Assembly (NCBI RefSeq): GCF_006345805.1
Contig: NC_043007.1
Coordinates: 63,860,001-63,924,000, forward strand
Source: Octopus sinensis
Taxonomy: Eukaryota
Length of the DNA stretch: 64,000 bases
Reading direction: 5' to 3'
In this document: piece by piece, positions 37,050-51,790 of the stretch
How the letters are laid out: each line of letters begins with the position of its first letter
Position numbering within the stretch: the stretch's first letter is position 1
Made by a program: the position numbers and the translations under genes
The notes under the pieces: generated by a model
Told to the model about the DNA's origin: nothing
The model's input: only the letters and a program-made list of their open reading frames with translations
Database searches by the model: none

Positions 37050-39180
37050 AAGGACTTGTGTAAATACCACTGCCCTAGTGAAGAATGCACTACACCACAT
37101 AGATTAATGGCTAGTAACATCAGAGTCAAAGGTAGGTGGATGCAGAAACAAAAATGGTATGAAGAAGGAAAATATGGAAGCTAAAAGATCCTACAATGGA
37201 GTAGGTTTAGAGAAATTCCAATTGAGATATATCGTTGTAAGGAGAAATATCTAGATACCTGCAGCAAAGATTACAACTGAGAATTTTTACAAAATAACCT
37301 GCTTAGTGCTATATATCTGGCATGCAGCTGGGGCAAAGTCCCAGCCAAACCCTATGTAATATGGTGGTGGAATGACAGTTGATAGGGCAGTAAAGGCTAA
37401 GAGAAAGATTTAAGGTGGCTAATATATTTGGTTTGGAGTGAGGCAGAAAGGAATAGATTTTCACATGTCTTGCAAGGTAAAGATCAGAGGCATGAAGTCT
37501 TCAGGATTGTTATATAATGTGTAAGAGAGATATGAGACATCATTGGCAAGAAGTGTATTCAGAATGAGGAAGGTAAACTTGCCATAGATGTGAAAGACAA
37601 GTAAGTGGTGTGGAAGTGTTATTATGAAAGGCTGCTGAACATGGAGAATTCATGGGATAAAGTAGGATACTTCATGCTAGTCATGCAGAAGGACCAGCAA
37701 TTCAAGTTGATAGCAACTTGATAGATAAAGCATTTGAAGACCTGAAGAGATAGAAAGCTACAGGACCATGACTGATAGTTGCCAAGATGTTCACATTATC
37801 TGGTGAGGTAGGATACATGATCACCACTTGGATAGTGAATCAAGTGGAAGGTGTCAAACCCAATGACTGGCGTATTAGTATCATTGTAAACTGCTACAAA
37901 TGCAAAGGAGCTGTCTTAGATAATAGCATCTATAGAAGAATCAAGCTACTGGATCAGTTTATGAAGTTCACGAAGAGTCATGGTACAAATAACCCATGAC
38001 ATAATAGACCTAGATGTAATGCAGTTTGGCTTTGTACCTAGAAGAGGTATCACAGATGCAACCTTAGTGAGGCAACTGCAAGAGAAGTACTAAGTTAAGA
38101 ATAATCCACTATTCCTGGTTTTCATTGATTTGGAAAAAGTATTTGACAGGAGACCACATTCCGTTATTTGGTCATCACTGAGGAAACTATGTGTAGACAA
38201 ATGGCTTGCAAGGGCTGTACAAGTTATGTACAAAGGTGCAGCAAGTAACTTGCAAGTCAACAATGATTTCAGTAACAAATTTAATGACAGTAGGAGTTCA
38301 TCAAGTTTCAGTTCCCAGTCCCCTCCTATTCATCATAACTGTACAGGCCATTACAGAGAAGTTTAAAACTGCTTATCCAAGAGATCTCCTATATGCTGAA
38401 GATCTTGTTCTCATAGCTGAATCTCTTATAGAATTAGAGGAAATTCTAGGTATGGAAGCTAAACTTAGAATCAAAACACCTGAAAGTAAACTTAGCAAAG
38501 ACAGAGGTTTTAGACAGAGTGGAATCACAGAAAAACTAAAAGAAAAAGTAAGCTTCTTATGTGACAGATGTGCTGGTGCAGTAATTATTAGGAGCACACC
38601 AGAAGTAGATTCTTGTAAATGCTTGGATGGTTCAGTAGCAGTAAGTAATTGATAGCTTTTGTTATCTAAAAGATGTAATTAGCAATGGAGATGATTGCCC
38701 TGAAAGTGTACTAACCGGAGTAAGAACAAGAAGGAAAGAGTTTAGGGAGCTTTTATGGCTTCTGGAAACAAGATTTCTTTTCCCCCCTCAGAGTGAAGGG
38801 CAGATTGTATGATACTTATGTCAGAACTACAATGCTGCATAGTAGTGAGGCATGGACCTTGAATGCAGATGACTTGAAAAGGCTGGAAAGAAATTAAATG
38901 GGATGCTCCATTGGATGTGCAGTGTGGGTTTGCATGAATGATGTAGTACAAATGTGCTGAGAGAAAAACTGAACAGAAGGGGAATCAGATGTTTGCAAGA
39001 AAGAAGACTGTTGGTATGGTAATGTGTCACATATAGGTGGAGATAGCTGTATAAAGAAGTGCCAATCATTTGGTGTGGATAGAACTTGCAGAAGAGGTTA
39101 ACCCAGGAAGACATAGGATGAAGTGATGAAAGCTGATCTCAGGACCTTGAACTTCATAGAGGAAATGATAAGAGACCAGG
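37050..39180 (+). mobile_element. Older, heavily decayed RTE LINE
   Basis: WWNDS; PNDWRISIIVNCYKCKG; EKVFDR; GVHQVSVPSPLLF; LLYAEDL. Confidence 0.85.
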
Positions 39181-39229
39181 ATCCTGGAAGCATTGTGTGT
39201 GTTTGTAACTGGGCCCTTGGCTCAGTTTC

Positions 39230-39960
39230 CTCACCAATACACTCCCACCACCCATCATCTCTCTAAGTATAACTTTTCCTTGATATCACTAATCTTTCTC
39301 ACTACCCAGAATCATTTCACTTGATATCCATCCCTCATCCTTAATACTGTTCTCTCTACCTACATTTTATATTAACCTTCTCCTTGAGCTACCAAATCAT
39401 TTCACCTTCTCCATCACCATACATCTCTCACTCTACCCATGCACTATGCCTTCTTCTCCCCACCCCACTCTTGAAACTTCCCCAACCACTTTTCATCTCT
39501 TTCTCTCCCTCTCCCATCCTTCACTTGTCTCCTGTATTATCATTAGCATTCTGCTACACTTCAACCTGATGCACCATTGGTCTCTCTTCACCACTCATCC
39601 ACCATTCACTACATCTACTCCTCAACCTTATCCAATCTTTACAGTTGTCACCTACTCTTCCCTACCTCCACTATTTGTCATCCACTCAACATTATATTCA
39701 CTCTCTCCTCCATTCCTCATCTCTAACCATTTGTCACTCTTTCATACAATCTTGATACTTCTACCAACCCACACTCATGGTTCACTACCACCATTCACTG
39801 CTGCTTATCTCATACTTTGAGAGTCCACAGATGCCTCGTCACCACTATCTTATCTCTTCCCCATGCCACTTAAATCATTCTCATCTGCTCTTCTAAAATG
39901 TGTGTTACCATGTGGTCCTTCTAAAGTAAGAAACATGTTCTGCTCTGCACCCTTCTCTCA
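39230..39960. repeat. Pyrimidine-rich (CAC/CTC) low-complexity tract
   Basis: Strong C/T strand skew, no coherent ORF. Confidence 0.6.
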
Positions 39961-40039
39961 TATTTGAATTCTTTATCTCCTAGCTTAAAGCCACCTCTCT
40001 TGGAGTTCATAGTTTTGCAAGCTGCATGGTGACTTCAGT

Positions 40040-40225
40040 AGTGTTAGTGGCACAAAAAAGCATCCAGTACATACTATAAAGTAGTTGGGATCAGAAAGAG
40101 CATCTACCTGTAGAAACCATGTTAATATATACAATGGAGCACAATGCATTCTTTGGGCCCATCAGATCCTGTCAAACTGTCCAACCTATGCCAGCATGGA
40201 ACATGGTTATTAAATGATGATGATA
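40040..40225 (+). mobile_element. Diverged RTE 3' UTR tail
   Basis: ggcacaaaaaagcatcc...gccagcatggaacatggttattaaatgatgatgat. Confidence 0.6.
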
Positions 40226-40512
40226 GTATGTATGTATGTCTAGGTGTGTACTTGAGTGCACATATATGTGTGTGTTTTCATGAATGCTTACATCCACAGG
40301 GAGTGACATTGTCCACATGTCCTTGTCAACAAATTGTTCAGTATCTGTCCTTTTGAAAATAAATGGAATAGAAACCTCTTACTTTAAAAATGGGTGAGGG
40401 TTTGTGATAGGAAGAGCATCCAGGTGTAAAAAATAGTACATCAGTAATATGTATTTATCAAATCCATGTTAGCATAGAAAAACAGAAGTAAAAGAATGAA
40501 TATATATGTGTG

Positions 40513-41366
40513 TTCAAGATCTAATCAATAAGTATCCGGACTGTTGCCATAGTAACAAAGCTAAAGCATGCGGAATGAAGCTGTTTAGCTCAGATTGACC
40601 TTGACCTCTGCTGTGCATGTGCACTAAGTTTTAACATTCTAGCTTACTTTCACTGTTTATAGCAGTGCTTCGAAATAACATGTGTAATGTGTGATTGTCA
40701 TATTGACCATGACAGAGAAAGTTATGGTGATACCTGCTCAGAGGCCTACACAAAATTGCACACAAGTGTATGAGTGGTACAGACGTTTCCAAAATGTCCC
40801 AAAAAATGTCAATAGTGACAAACGTTCTGAGAGACCTGCAACAAGCAGAATTGAGAAAAACATTGCAGATGTGAATGTAGCTGTGAGGGAAAATTGTTGA
40901 ATCACTACCCGTGAGTTATCAGAGGATGTATAGATTAGTTACAGTTCAGTTCAGTCCATTATCATTGAAGATTTGGGTATGAGATGCATGTCTGCCAAGT
41001 TTGTGCCACAAATGCTTTCAGCTGACCAAAAAGATTTTTGGGTTTCAGTTGCAAAATCTCCTTGATGGTGTCAAGAATGATGAAAACTTTTAGAAAACTT
41101 TGTGTATGCCTCTGAGCAGGTATCGCCAAGCTTTTGGCAAAATTTGATGCAGATTCTCTGTTCAACTTTCTCTGTATTGGTCAGTGTGATGAACACATAC
41201 TACACACGTTACTTCCAAGCACTACTGTAAACAGTGGAAGTGAGTTATAATATTAAAACTGAGTACAGCAAAGTTCAAGGTCAATCTGTGCTAAACAGCT
41301 TCACACTCGCACTTTAACTTCATTATTATAGAAACAGTTTGGATACTTATTGATCAACGTTATGTA
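40513..41366. mobile_element. Fold-back mariner derivative (5' end duplicated in inverted orientation)
   Basis: tcaataagtatcc termini; ~250-bp inverted arms that include the transposase start; plus-strand VYEWYRRF..RSERPATS..LGMRCMSAKFVP. Confidence 0.8.
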
Positions 41367-41415
41367 ATATATATATATATATATAAGATATATATATATA
41401 TATATATATATATGT

Positions 41416-41454
<39 letters not shown>

Positions 41455-41455
41455 G

Positions 41456-41487
<32 letters not shown>

Positions 41488-41525
41488 GTTATATATATAT
41501 TATGTAATATATATCTATATTGTTG

Positions 41526-41557
<32 letters not shown>

Positions 41558-41575
41558 GTATTATATATATATGTA

Positions 41576-41627
<52 letters not shown>

Positions 41628-41762
41628 GTATTAATATATATGTATATATATATAGTATATATATATGTATATATATATATATATGTATATTATATATATA
41701 TATATATATATGTATGTATATATATATAATATATGTATGTATATATATATATATATATGTAT

Positions 41763-41793
<31 letters not shown>

Positions 41794-42211
41794 TGTATAT
41801 ATAATATATATATATATGTATATATAATATATATATATATATGTATATATATAATATATATATATGTATATATATATATTATTATATGTATATAATATAT
41901 ATATATGTATGTATATATATATATATATATATGTATGTATATATATAATATATTATGTATATATATATATATATATATATGTATTATATATATATATATA
42001 TGTTATGTATATATATATATTATATATATATATGTATGTAATATAGATATATATATAATATTATATATGTAATATATTATGATGTAATATATTATATATA
42101 TATATATCATGTATGTATATTATATTTATATATATATATATATTATATATATATTATATATATATGTATATATATATATATATATATAATGTATATATAT
42201 ATATATGTATG

Positions 42212-42250
<39 letters not shown>

Positions 42251-42337
42251 TATATATATGTATATATTATATATATGTATATATATATATATATATATGT
42301 ATATATTATATATATATATAGATATATATATATTATG

Positions 42338-42390
<53 letters not shown>

Positions 42391-42434
42391 CGTATATATA
42401 TATATATATGTCTATATATATATTATATATATAG

Positions 42435-42465
<31 letters not shown>

Positions 42466-42503
42466 ATTATATATATTATATGTATGTTATATATATGTAT
42501 ATA

Positions 42504-42555
<52 letters not shown>

Positions 42556-42577
42556 CTTATATATATATATATGTAAT

Positions 42578-42620
<43 letters not shown>

Positions 42621-42698
42621 ATATATATATATGTATGTATATATATTATTATATGATATATATATGTATGTAATATATACTATATATATATATATATG

Positions 42699-42738
<40 letters not shown>

Positions 42739-42976
42739 ATAATATATATATGTATGTATATATCTATATATTGTTATGTATATATATATATATATATATT
42801 GTAATGTATATGTAGTATATATTATTTATATAGTATATATATATATATATATAATATATATATGTATGTATATATATATATAGTATGTATGTATATATAT
42901 ATATATATATATGTATGTATATATATATATATCTATATGTATGTATATATATATATATAATATATATGTATGTATT

Positions 42977-43061
<85 letters not shown>

Positions 43062-43128
43062 TTATATATCTATATATATATTATATGTATGTATGTATAT
43101 CTATATATATAATATGTATGTATGTATG

Positions 43129-43187
<59 letters not shown>

Positions 43188-43305
43188 ATATATATATATA
43201 TGTAATATATATATATATATATTGTATGTATATCTATATGTATTAGATATATATATATATATTTATGTATATATATATATATGTATGTATATATATATAT
43301 ATATA
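41367..43305. repeat. ~1.9-kb (TA)n/(TATG)n tract
   Basis: Direct reading. Confidence 0.97.
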
Positions 43306-43324
43306 TCTCTTCATCATCTACATA

Positions 43325-44320
43325 AATGATATTACTGACACCATCAAATAGCAATCAGAACCTTCGCTGTATTCCAAGCTCCAGAAGTATCATCATGGCG
43401 ATATGACCGAATAAACCTTCAGTCAACCTACTGGCTGTATGTCCAATGGGCGGAAACGAATATATGTTGCTAAATGAAGACAAATTCGAAACTGATCCAC
43501 TTTGGAGTAAGGATACGCTCTATAATCTATGTATGTCCCATACTCTGTTCTTCTGGAGAAATTCTCATGGATCCAACAACATCAGAGACTGGGAGTAAAC
43601 AGTGGACAACAACATAAGCTGGGCTCCACATATAAGCAGCAAAGTTGCATGGCCGGCAGAATATGTGTTCCTATCTTATTCTAGAACCTTCCAGTCGAGA
43701 GATTCCACGCTATGTATCCTTCTCTTCTCCATTTTTGCCCGACCCCACCTTGATATAGCATGTCCACTGTGGTCTCCCTACACAAAACAAAATATTATGA
43801 TGAATTGAAGCTCTCCCAAAGTCAGCACAAAAAAAGATAGATGGCAGTATAGACCTGACTATGGGTAGACTAGAGATGAAATTGTATTCACTCCAACGAC
43901 GCGTGAACGCACATTATCTGTATGATGTGGAAAATATTCCGTAGCATGTCCGAATGATGTTGGCATCACCTAAAATGCATCCAAGGCTTGGACCACGTGT
44001 ATCCGTCCATAACAAAATCTAAATCGTATCACATAACGACAATACGGCACAACTATTTCACATCAATTGGACCCGCTATCTTCAACATTACACCATTACC
44101 GTAAAAACAACTGACCACACAAAATTCAAGAAGTCTATTGGACAAATCCTTCAAACGTATGGACAAACCACCCACACCCGGATATTCTCCGCAAACAATA
44201 ACTCTCTGCTCGATGGGCCTTGGTGCCCAAATCCTGAACTGAAAGATTCGCAGGTGTGCTATTAATTTAGACATGCCTGGGCCATATGGCAAAATATTTC
44301 AGTTTATTCTAAGTATAATT
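43325..44320 (+). mobile_element. CR1/L2-type LINE, RT 3' half
   Basis: INDITD..; QWAETN..; DNNISWAPHI..RTFQSRD..ARPHLDIACPLWSPY (ORF 43602..43808). Confidence 0.8.
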
Positions 44321-44496
44321 ATGTATGTATATAATTATATATGTATGTATATATATATATGTATGTATATATATATATGTATGTGTATATATATATATAT
44401 ATATAGTATATATTATGTATATATATATATAGATATATATATATTTTATGTATATATATATATATATATATATATTGTATATATATATATATGTAT

Positions 44497-44540
<44 letters not shown>

Positions 44541-44633
44541 GTATGTATATATATAATATGTATATATATATATATGTGTATATATATAATATGTATATTT
44601 ATATATATATATGTATGTATATATCTATGTATG

Positions 44634-44664
<31 letters not shown>

Positions 44665-44754
44665 GTATTATATATATATATATGTATTATATATATATAG
44701 TATGTATATATATATATATGGATGTATAATATATATGTGTATATATTATATGTG
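44321..44754. repeat. (TA)n/(TATG)n tract
   Basis: Direct reading. Confidence 0.95.
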
Positions 44755-45070
44755 AGGGCGCGGGCTTAGTGGTTAGGGCATTCGGCTCATGATCGTAAGG
44801 TTGTGAGTTCGATTCCCGGCGACGCGTTGTGTCCTTGAGCAAGACACTTTATTTCCGTTGCTCCAGTCCACTCAGCTGGCAAAAATGAGTTTACTTGTAC
44901 TTCAAAGGGTCAGCCTTGTCACTCTCTGTGTCACCGGATTATCCCCGAGAACTACGTTAAGGGTACACGTGTCTGTGAATGCTCAGCCATTTGCACTTAA
45001 TTTCACGAGCAAGCTGTTCCGTTGATCGTATCAGCTGGGACCCTCATCGTCGTAACCGCAGAGTCGAAAG
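44755..45070 (+). mobile_element. tRNA-derived SINE family C, CpG-rich (young)
   Basis: A-box TAGTGGTTAGG, B-box GAGTTCGATTCCC, then tgtgtccttgagcaagacacttt. Confidence 0.85.
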
Positions 45071-45074
45071 AAAG

Positions 45075-45140
45075 ATATATATATATATATATGTATTTAT
45101 ATATATATCTATATGTATATATATATATAATATATGTATG

Positions 45141-45174
<34 letters not shown>

Positions 45175-45415
45175 TTATGTATATATAGATATATGTATAT
45201 ATATATATTATATTATGTATGTATATATATATATATGTATATATATTATATTATATATATATGTATATTATATATAGTATATATATATATTAATATATAT
45301 TATGTATAATATGTATATATATTGTATGTATGTATGTATATATAGATATATATAAGAGTATATATATATATATGTAATATATGTTGTATAATATATGTAT
45401 GTATATAATTGTATG

Positions 45416-45446
<31 letters not shown>

Positions 45447-45886
45447 GTATATATATGTATATATATATATATATATGTTTTGTATATATATTATGTACAT
45501 ATATGTTATATATATATAGTATGTATGGGTATATATATATATCTTAGTATATAATTATGTACATATAATGTATATATATAATATGTATGTATGTATATAT
45601 TATATGTATGTATATATATATATATGTAGGTATATGTATATATATATAGGTATTATAATATATGTATGTATGTATATATATTATTAATATAATATATATA
45701 TGTATGTATGTATATGTATATATATATTATATGTAGGTATGGTATATGTAATATATATATATATATTATGTATGTATGTATCTGTATATATATATATATA
45801 ATATTATGTATGTATATGTATATATAATATATATATATATGTATGTATGTAATGTATATATTATATATATATTATGTATGTAATTG

Positions 45887-45917
<31 letters not shown>

Positions 45918-45920
45918 ATG

Positions 45921-45953
<33 letters not shown>

Positions 45954-46014
45954 ATGTATATATAATATATGTATGTATGTATATATATATATATATATAT
46001 GTATGTATTATATG

Positions 46015-46049
<35 letters not shown>

Positions 46050-46093
46050 ATATAAATATACATATGTATGTAATGTATATGTATAATATATAT

Positions 46094-46125
<32 letters not shown>

Positions 46126-46792
46126 TATATTATGTATGTATATGTATATATATATATAATGTATGTCTATGTAATATTATAATATATATCTATGTATGTA
46201 TGTATATGTATATATATATATATATATAGTATGTATGTATATGTATATATATATTATATGTATGTCTGTATATGTTATATATATATATATATGTATGTAT
46301 ATGTATATATATATATATTATCTATATATATATATATATAGGTATGTATGTATATGTATATATTATATATGTATGTATGTATATGTATATATTATATATT
46401 ATGTATGTATGTATATGTATATATATATATATATATATGTATGTATATGTATATATACTTTATATATATAATATATATATATATATATATGTATGTATAT
46501 ATATATATATATATGTAATGTATGTAGATATATATATATATATATATTATTTTCTGTATATGTATCTATATATATATATGTATATGTTATATATATATAT
46601 ATAGTATATATATCTATATATGTATGTATGATTATAATATATCTATATAATATGTATGTATATGTATAATATATATATCTATCTATGTATGTATTATTAT
46701 ATATATCTATATATATTGTCTGTTATGTATATATATATATCTATATGTATAGTATAGTATGTATATGTATATATATATATGTATATGTATAG

Positions 46793-46833
<41 letters not shown>

Positions 46834-46859
46834 CTATATATATATATTATGTATGTATC

Positions 46860-46894
<35 letters not shown>

Positions 46895-46928
46895 ATGTAT
46901 ATATATATATATATGTATGTATGTTAGT

Positions 46929-46961
<33 letters not shown>

Positions 46962-47099
46962 ATGTATATATATATATATATGTATGTATGTATATGTATA
47001 TATATATATATATGTATGTATGATCTGTATATATATATATATATATAGATATGTATGTATGTATTGTAATATGTATATATATATATATTATGTATGTAT

Positions 47100-47133
<34 letters not shown>

Positions 47134-47144
47134 GTATGTATGTG

Positions 47145-47183
<39 letters not shown>

Positions 47184-47228
47184 GTATGTATGTATATGTT
47201 ATGTATGTATAATACATATGTATGTATG

Positions 47229-47273
<45 letters not shown>

Positions 47274-47281
47274 ATGTATAT

Positions 47282-47318
<37 letters not shown>

Positions 47319-47414
47319 ATGTATATATTATATCTATATATAATATATATATGTATGTGGGTATATGTATATATATATATATAATATATATATATGTATG
47401 TATGTATGTATATG

Positions 47415-47457
<43 letters not shown>

Positions 47458-47535
47458 ATATATATATATATGTATATATATATATTATATATATATACAT
47501 ATATATATATGTATGTGTATATGTATATATATATA
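45075..47535. repeat. ~2.5-kb (TA)n/(TATG)n tract
   Basis: Direct reading. Confidence 0.97.
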
Positions 47536-47540
47536 TCTTT

Positions 47541-47840
47541 TGTGGAGGCGCAATGGCCCAGTGGTCAGGGCAGCGGACTCGCGGTCGTAGGAACGTGGTT
47601 TTGATTCCCAGACTGGCCGTTGTGAGTGTTTATTGAGCGAAAAGACCTAAAGCTCCACAAGGTTCCTGCAGGGTTGTGGCAATCCCTGCTGTACTCTTAC
47701 GCCACAACTTTTTCTCACTCTTTCTTCTGTTGGCCTGCTCGCTTAGCCAGCGGGGTAGCGTCATTTGAAGGCTAAAACAATGCGAAGCGCATTGTGACCA
47801 GCGATGTGTAGCAAAATCTGATAACCTGGTTGGTCACGGT
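47541..47840 (+). mobile_element. tRNA-derived SINE family D
   Basis: TGGCCCAGTGGTCAGG A-box, GGTTTTGATTCCC B-box-like, CpG-rich body; single copy in this window. Confidence 0.65.
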
Positions 47841-47862
47841 GATATATCTTTTAGCTTTTACC

Positions 47863-48060
47863 TTTTCAGTCATTGGATTGTGGCCATGTTAAGGCACTGC
47901 TTTGAAAGGTTTAGTCAAACAAATTAACCCCTGTACTTACATATTTTTTTAATCTGGTACTTATTCTATCAGTCTGTTTTGCCAAATCACTAAGTCATTG
48001 GGATGTAAACAAACCAACACTGGTTGTCAAGCATTGGGAAGACAAACATAAAGACACACA
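47863..48060 (-). mobile_element. SINE family A, 3' part
   Basis: Similarity to 14833-15212. Confidence 0.7.
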
Positions 48061-49114
48061 CATACACATGTATGTGTGTGTGTATATATATATATACACA
48101 CACACACACACATGCATGCACACATATCCTTGCTATGCTGCAGGCTATTGATGCTAGAGCTTATCTATTTTTTTTAGAAGTGTTTAGGTGACTGAGAGTA
48201 AAAGATTCAGCACTGAATTTTCTTGTTTATATTGCGACAACAACTTCACTCTTGAATTATCTCATTTGTCTTCAGAAATGTTTATATTTTATCTTTCATG
48301 TGATAAGTATTCTGTGTAAGTTCTGTTTTAATTTGTTTCTTCTTTTTTCTTCCTTCTCCATAAAATTTCTGATGATTGTTAAATAGCAATTTGATAACAT
48401 TAGAAATAGCAAACAAAAAAGAAAAGAAAAAAGAAAATCCTTTACATACTTGCAGGAATGTTGCAGAAATCCAAAATATTTTTTATTTATTTATTTGATT
48501 TTTTAAGATCATTTCTATTTTTATCCTGCCAAGCTGGTAGGGTGAGGTATGATTTCAAGACACATCATTCTCAGTACTGATAAATTTGTCCATTTTTACC
48601 AATAACTGGACTGTTTACCTTTTTGCAAAAGAATTAAATTTGCTGTTAGTATTGTTATTGCTGTTGCTCTTCTTGTTCTTAACTGCCCACACTGTCATCC
48701 TTCCATACCCACTTCTACATCTTGTCTTACATTTTTCTTCCTTCACATTCTTCTTCTTTTGGCAGGGGTCACTTTAATTAACTACCTCTCATCTACAACT
48801 TAGTGGCTTTGTGCCAAAGTTAGAAATAATAATTGTTTTTATTTTTCTCCAGCAGTAGAAACAGTAGTTCAAGTTATAATTCCAGTAATATGACTACAAG
48901 TATGAAAGTGCCCTATAGAATTTAGTGTTAATCCTCTAATTTCCAAATTGAAATCCTAATATAGCAGGCTTCTCCTTTCATTCCTCTGAAGTCAATAAAA
49001 TAAATACTCACAGCAAACATTTGTTAATTCAACAGATTATCTTCTATCTATTCCTCTATAAGATTGATATTGTGCTTTGTGAAAAGATATAATTATTAAT
49101 ATTGGTGTAATTGT

Positions 49115-49335
49115 AAGGTGGCGAACTGGCAGAATCGTTAGCACACCAGGTAAAATGCTTAGCAGCATTTTGTTTGACTTTATGTTCTGAGTTCAAATTC
49201 CGCCAAGGTCGTCTTTGCCCTTCATCTTTTAGGGGTTGATAAAATAAGTACCAGTTGAGCACTGGGGTTGGTATAATTGATTTATACCTTCCCCTGAAAT
49301 TGCTGGCCTTATACCAAAATTTGAAACCAATATTG
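49115..49335 (+). mobile_element. SINE family B
   Basis: aaggtggcgaactggcagaatcgttagcac...gagttcaaattccgcc. Confidence 0.8.
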
Positions 49336-51039
49336 GAGTAGTTGTGGGATGACCAAGTCTGCAAAGCTATTCAACTAAATGCATACAAAGGTCTGCTTTC
49401 ATTTTGCACTACTTTCAGGCTGCTGCTGTTGTTAGGTTCTAGATCAGCTCAGGCTGAGCAGATCTGTGATCAGATGCATTCCACTTATAACATAGTGCAT
49501 CAAGGACTACAATATCTAATGTCGCCTTTTTAAAGTGACAGGTGTAAATTGGGCATGACTTGGTTGCTACCACAAACAATAACGATGAAGAGAGTATCCA
49601 GGATTAATGCAATGCGTCCTAGTTATATATTGGATCAGTGCAATCTATTATATCCTTCCCAGTTTAAATTTCAGCTTTGTGCCTTTATAAGAAACCATTA
49701 GTATTATTAGTAAAGATGCTTTCAGATACTGCATGATTTCCAGATCTCCTGCTCAATTCCCAAATAAAATGTTTCTGTAAGTAGCACTTTGCCTGAAATT
49801 TGCCATCTGTTTCATTTCCAAGATTAGCCAGCAAGATTAGGACCACTAAGTCGAAGGGAGATGTAGGGGACATGCCTGAATGCAAGGACAACTATGATTT
49901 TACTTCGCTTGATGTGTCTTCTCAAGCACAGCAAACCACCAGAAGTCTCAGTCCCTTGTCATTTGCTCTGTGAGGCCCAATGTCTTGGACAACAACACCA
50001 ACACCATCAACAACAACAACTACACTCATAGTGAGTTCCATTCTAAAGAAGTATGCCCTCTTTAACATACCTTCTAATCCCTTTCCTTTCCAACATCTCA
50101 AAAGTAATAGATCAGTTGTAAACAATCACCCTTACATGTCCAAACTTTAAATTACTTCAGTTACCATAAGTACTGTTCCCATAGAGCCAGATCTATCAAA
50201 CTCTTACTGTCTATTACATATCAGTGCTTCTTCAGCTTTAGAACATTGGTAAAAGCATTAATATTGTCATTGGCTTCAATCATATCTAACATTATAATTT
50301 AATTGCTTTCTTATGGACTCAGGTCATCTCTAATTTATCAAACCAGTAGATATCAGTTAATCTGTTCTGTTGTAGTATGCATTGATGGAGTTCTTTTCAA
50401 CTTGGCCTCAATATTACACCTGTACAGTAACGACTGACTATCATTTCTAACAATACAAATTCTCATGCAGCTGATACCAACCTTTATTAATCAAAGGCAT
50501 AGTTTATTCACTTGCAACAGAAACATCTCAGGTTAGCTATGCACTGTTTGCATAAACAAACATTTTTTAAATATCCTTAGATGTGGACATGACAATTTAA
50601 TCACCTTTGAACCATACCAAAAACATATACAGTAATTGTGACTGAATACTGTCTGTATCTTGTATGTTCTGAGTTCAGTTTCTACAAAAATTGCCTTTAT
50701 ATTTCATCTGAACTTTGTTAATGAAATAAGTACCAGCTGTACCTTGTATCATTTTTATTAACTATATGCCTTCTACTTCTAACTTTGTGGCCTTCTGAGA
50801 AATTATCATTATGGCAGTGGATTGACAGAGATGGTAGAATGAGTTCAATTCATGATGAATTTATCTTTGCCTTCATACTTCTCAAATTGAGATTCTAAGA
50901 CATATCAAAAATGCATAGGTATTAATTGAGTCTCACCTCTACAAACTTAGCCAAAAACTTAATGAATCATTATTGTTTTTGTTTCAATAAGAGGAGATGG
51001 TACTGCTCTCTAGTAGATTTGTGGTAAAGTGGGTGAAAG

Positions 51040-51790
51040 TGGTGAGTATTATATGGCCTGGGTAAATAGGCATGTGAAGAGGCAGATCAATGTTGTCAGA
51101 TGGTGTCATCAGACTCTGGACTGACAGACCAGTTAAACTGCTTGAGGTCTGGTTTGGTCCTGACCACCAGGTAGATAAGAATTGGGATAAGATGAGAAAC
51201 AGGGTGGCCAGTCTTTCCAAGAAATGGGCAGAGAAGAAGCTGTCCTTGAGAGGCTACAGGAGTGGGGGGCAGGGAGATTAGAACTACTGGTTCAGGATAA
51301 ACTCTACAGGCACAGATGTGCTGTCAGACAAGGTTGTCCAAGGTGTGCGCAAAGTGACAAGACCATTCTGCATGCATTCATTCAGCATTCGGGCATTGCT
51401 AACTTTTGGAGTTATATCAAACAGCTGCTGTTGTGTGTGGGACAGATCTGTCTGTTGGCCATAGTAATAGTTGCCCCACTGATTGCCATAGTGACGGTAG
51501 CCCCACTGCCCTCTTTTAATTGGGCAGCCAAGGCAGTTTTTCTTTGCGTTGTAGCTGTGGAAAAAGAGGTTGTATGGTGGATGAGGCTAAAAGGAATGGG
51601 GACAGAGATGTTCCTCTTTGGTAGAGCCCTTGATTTTTCCAAGTTTCACTTTGAAAGGTAAGTGAGGGCAAAGAGGGAAGTGCTGTCCTCAAGTGAATTT
51701 ATTTACAAGTGGGTAAAAGATGTGAAAATGGTTAGAGTGGATGGTACCTGTGAATTGGAGGAAAGGAATTAGGTAGGGTACTTAGCCTGC
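51040..51790 (+). mobile_element. Tx1/L1-clade LINE 3' remnant
   Basis: WTDRPVKLLEVWFGPD..LSLRG; CPRCAQSDKTILHAF zinc-knuckle remnant. Confidence 0.7.

Noticed and set aside
44755-44830. tRNA-like heads here and at 14833, 47541 and 13195
   Set aside because: A/B boxes are present but continue into SINE bodies without acceptor-stem closure, so they are not tRNA genes
41435-47636. Many long Tyr/Ile/Met-rich ORFs (also at 31.1-31.6 kb, 16.8-17.6 kb and 62.5-63.8 kb)
   Set aside because: Translations of (TA)n/(TATG)n microsatellites, which lack stops in several frames
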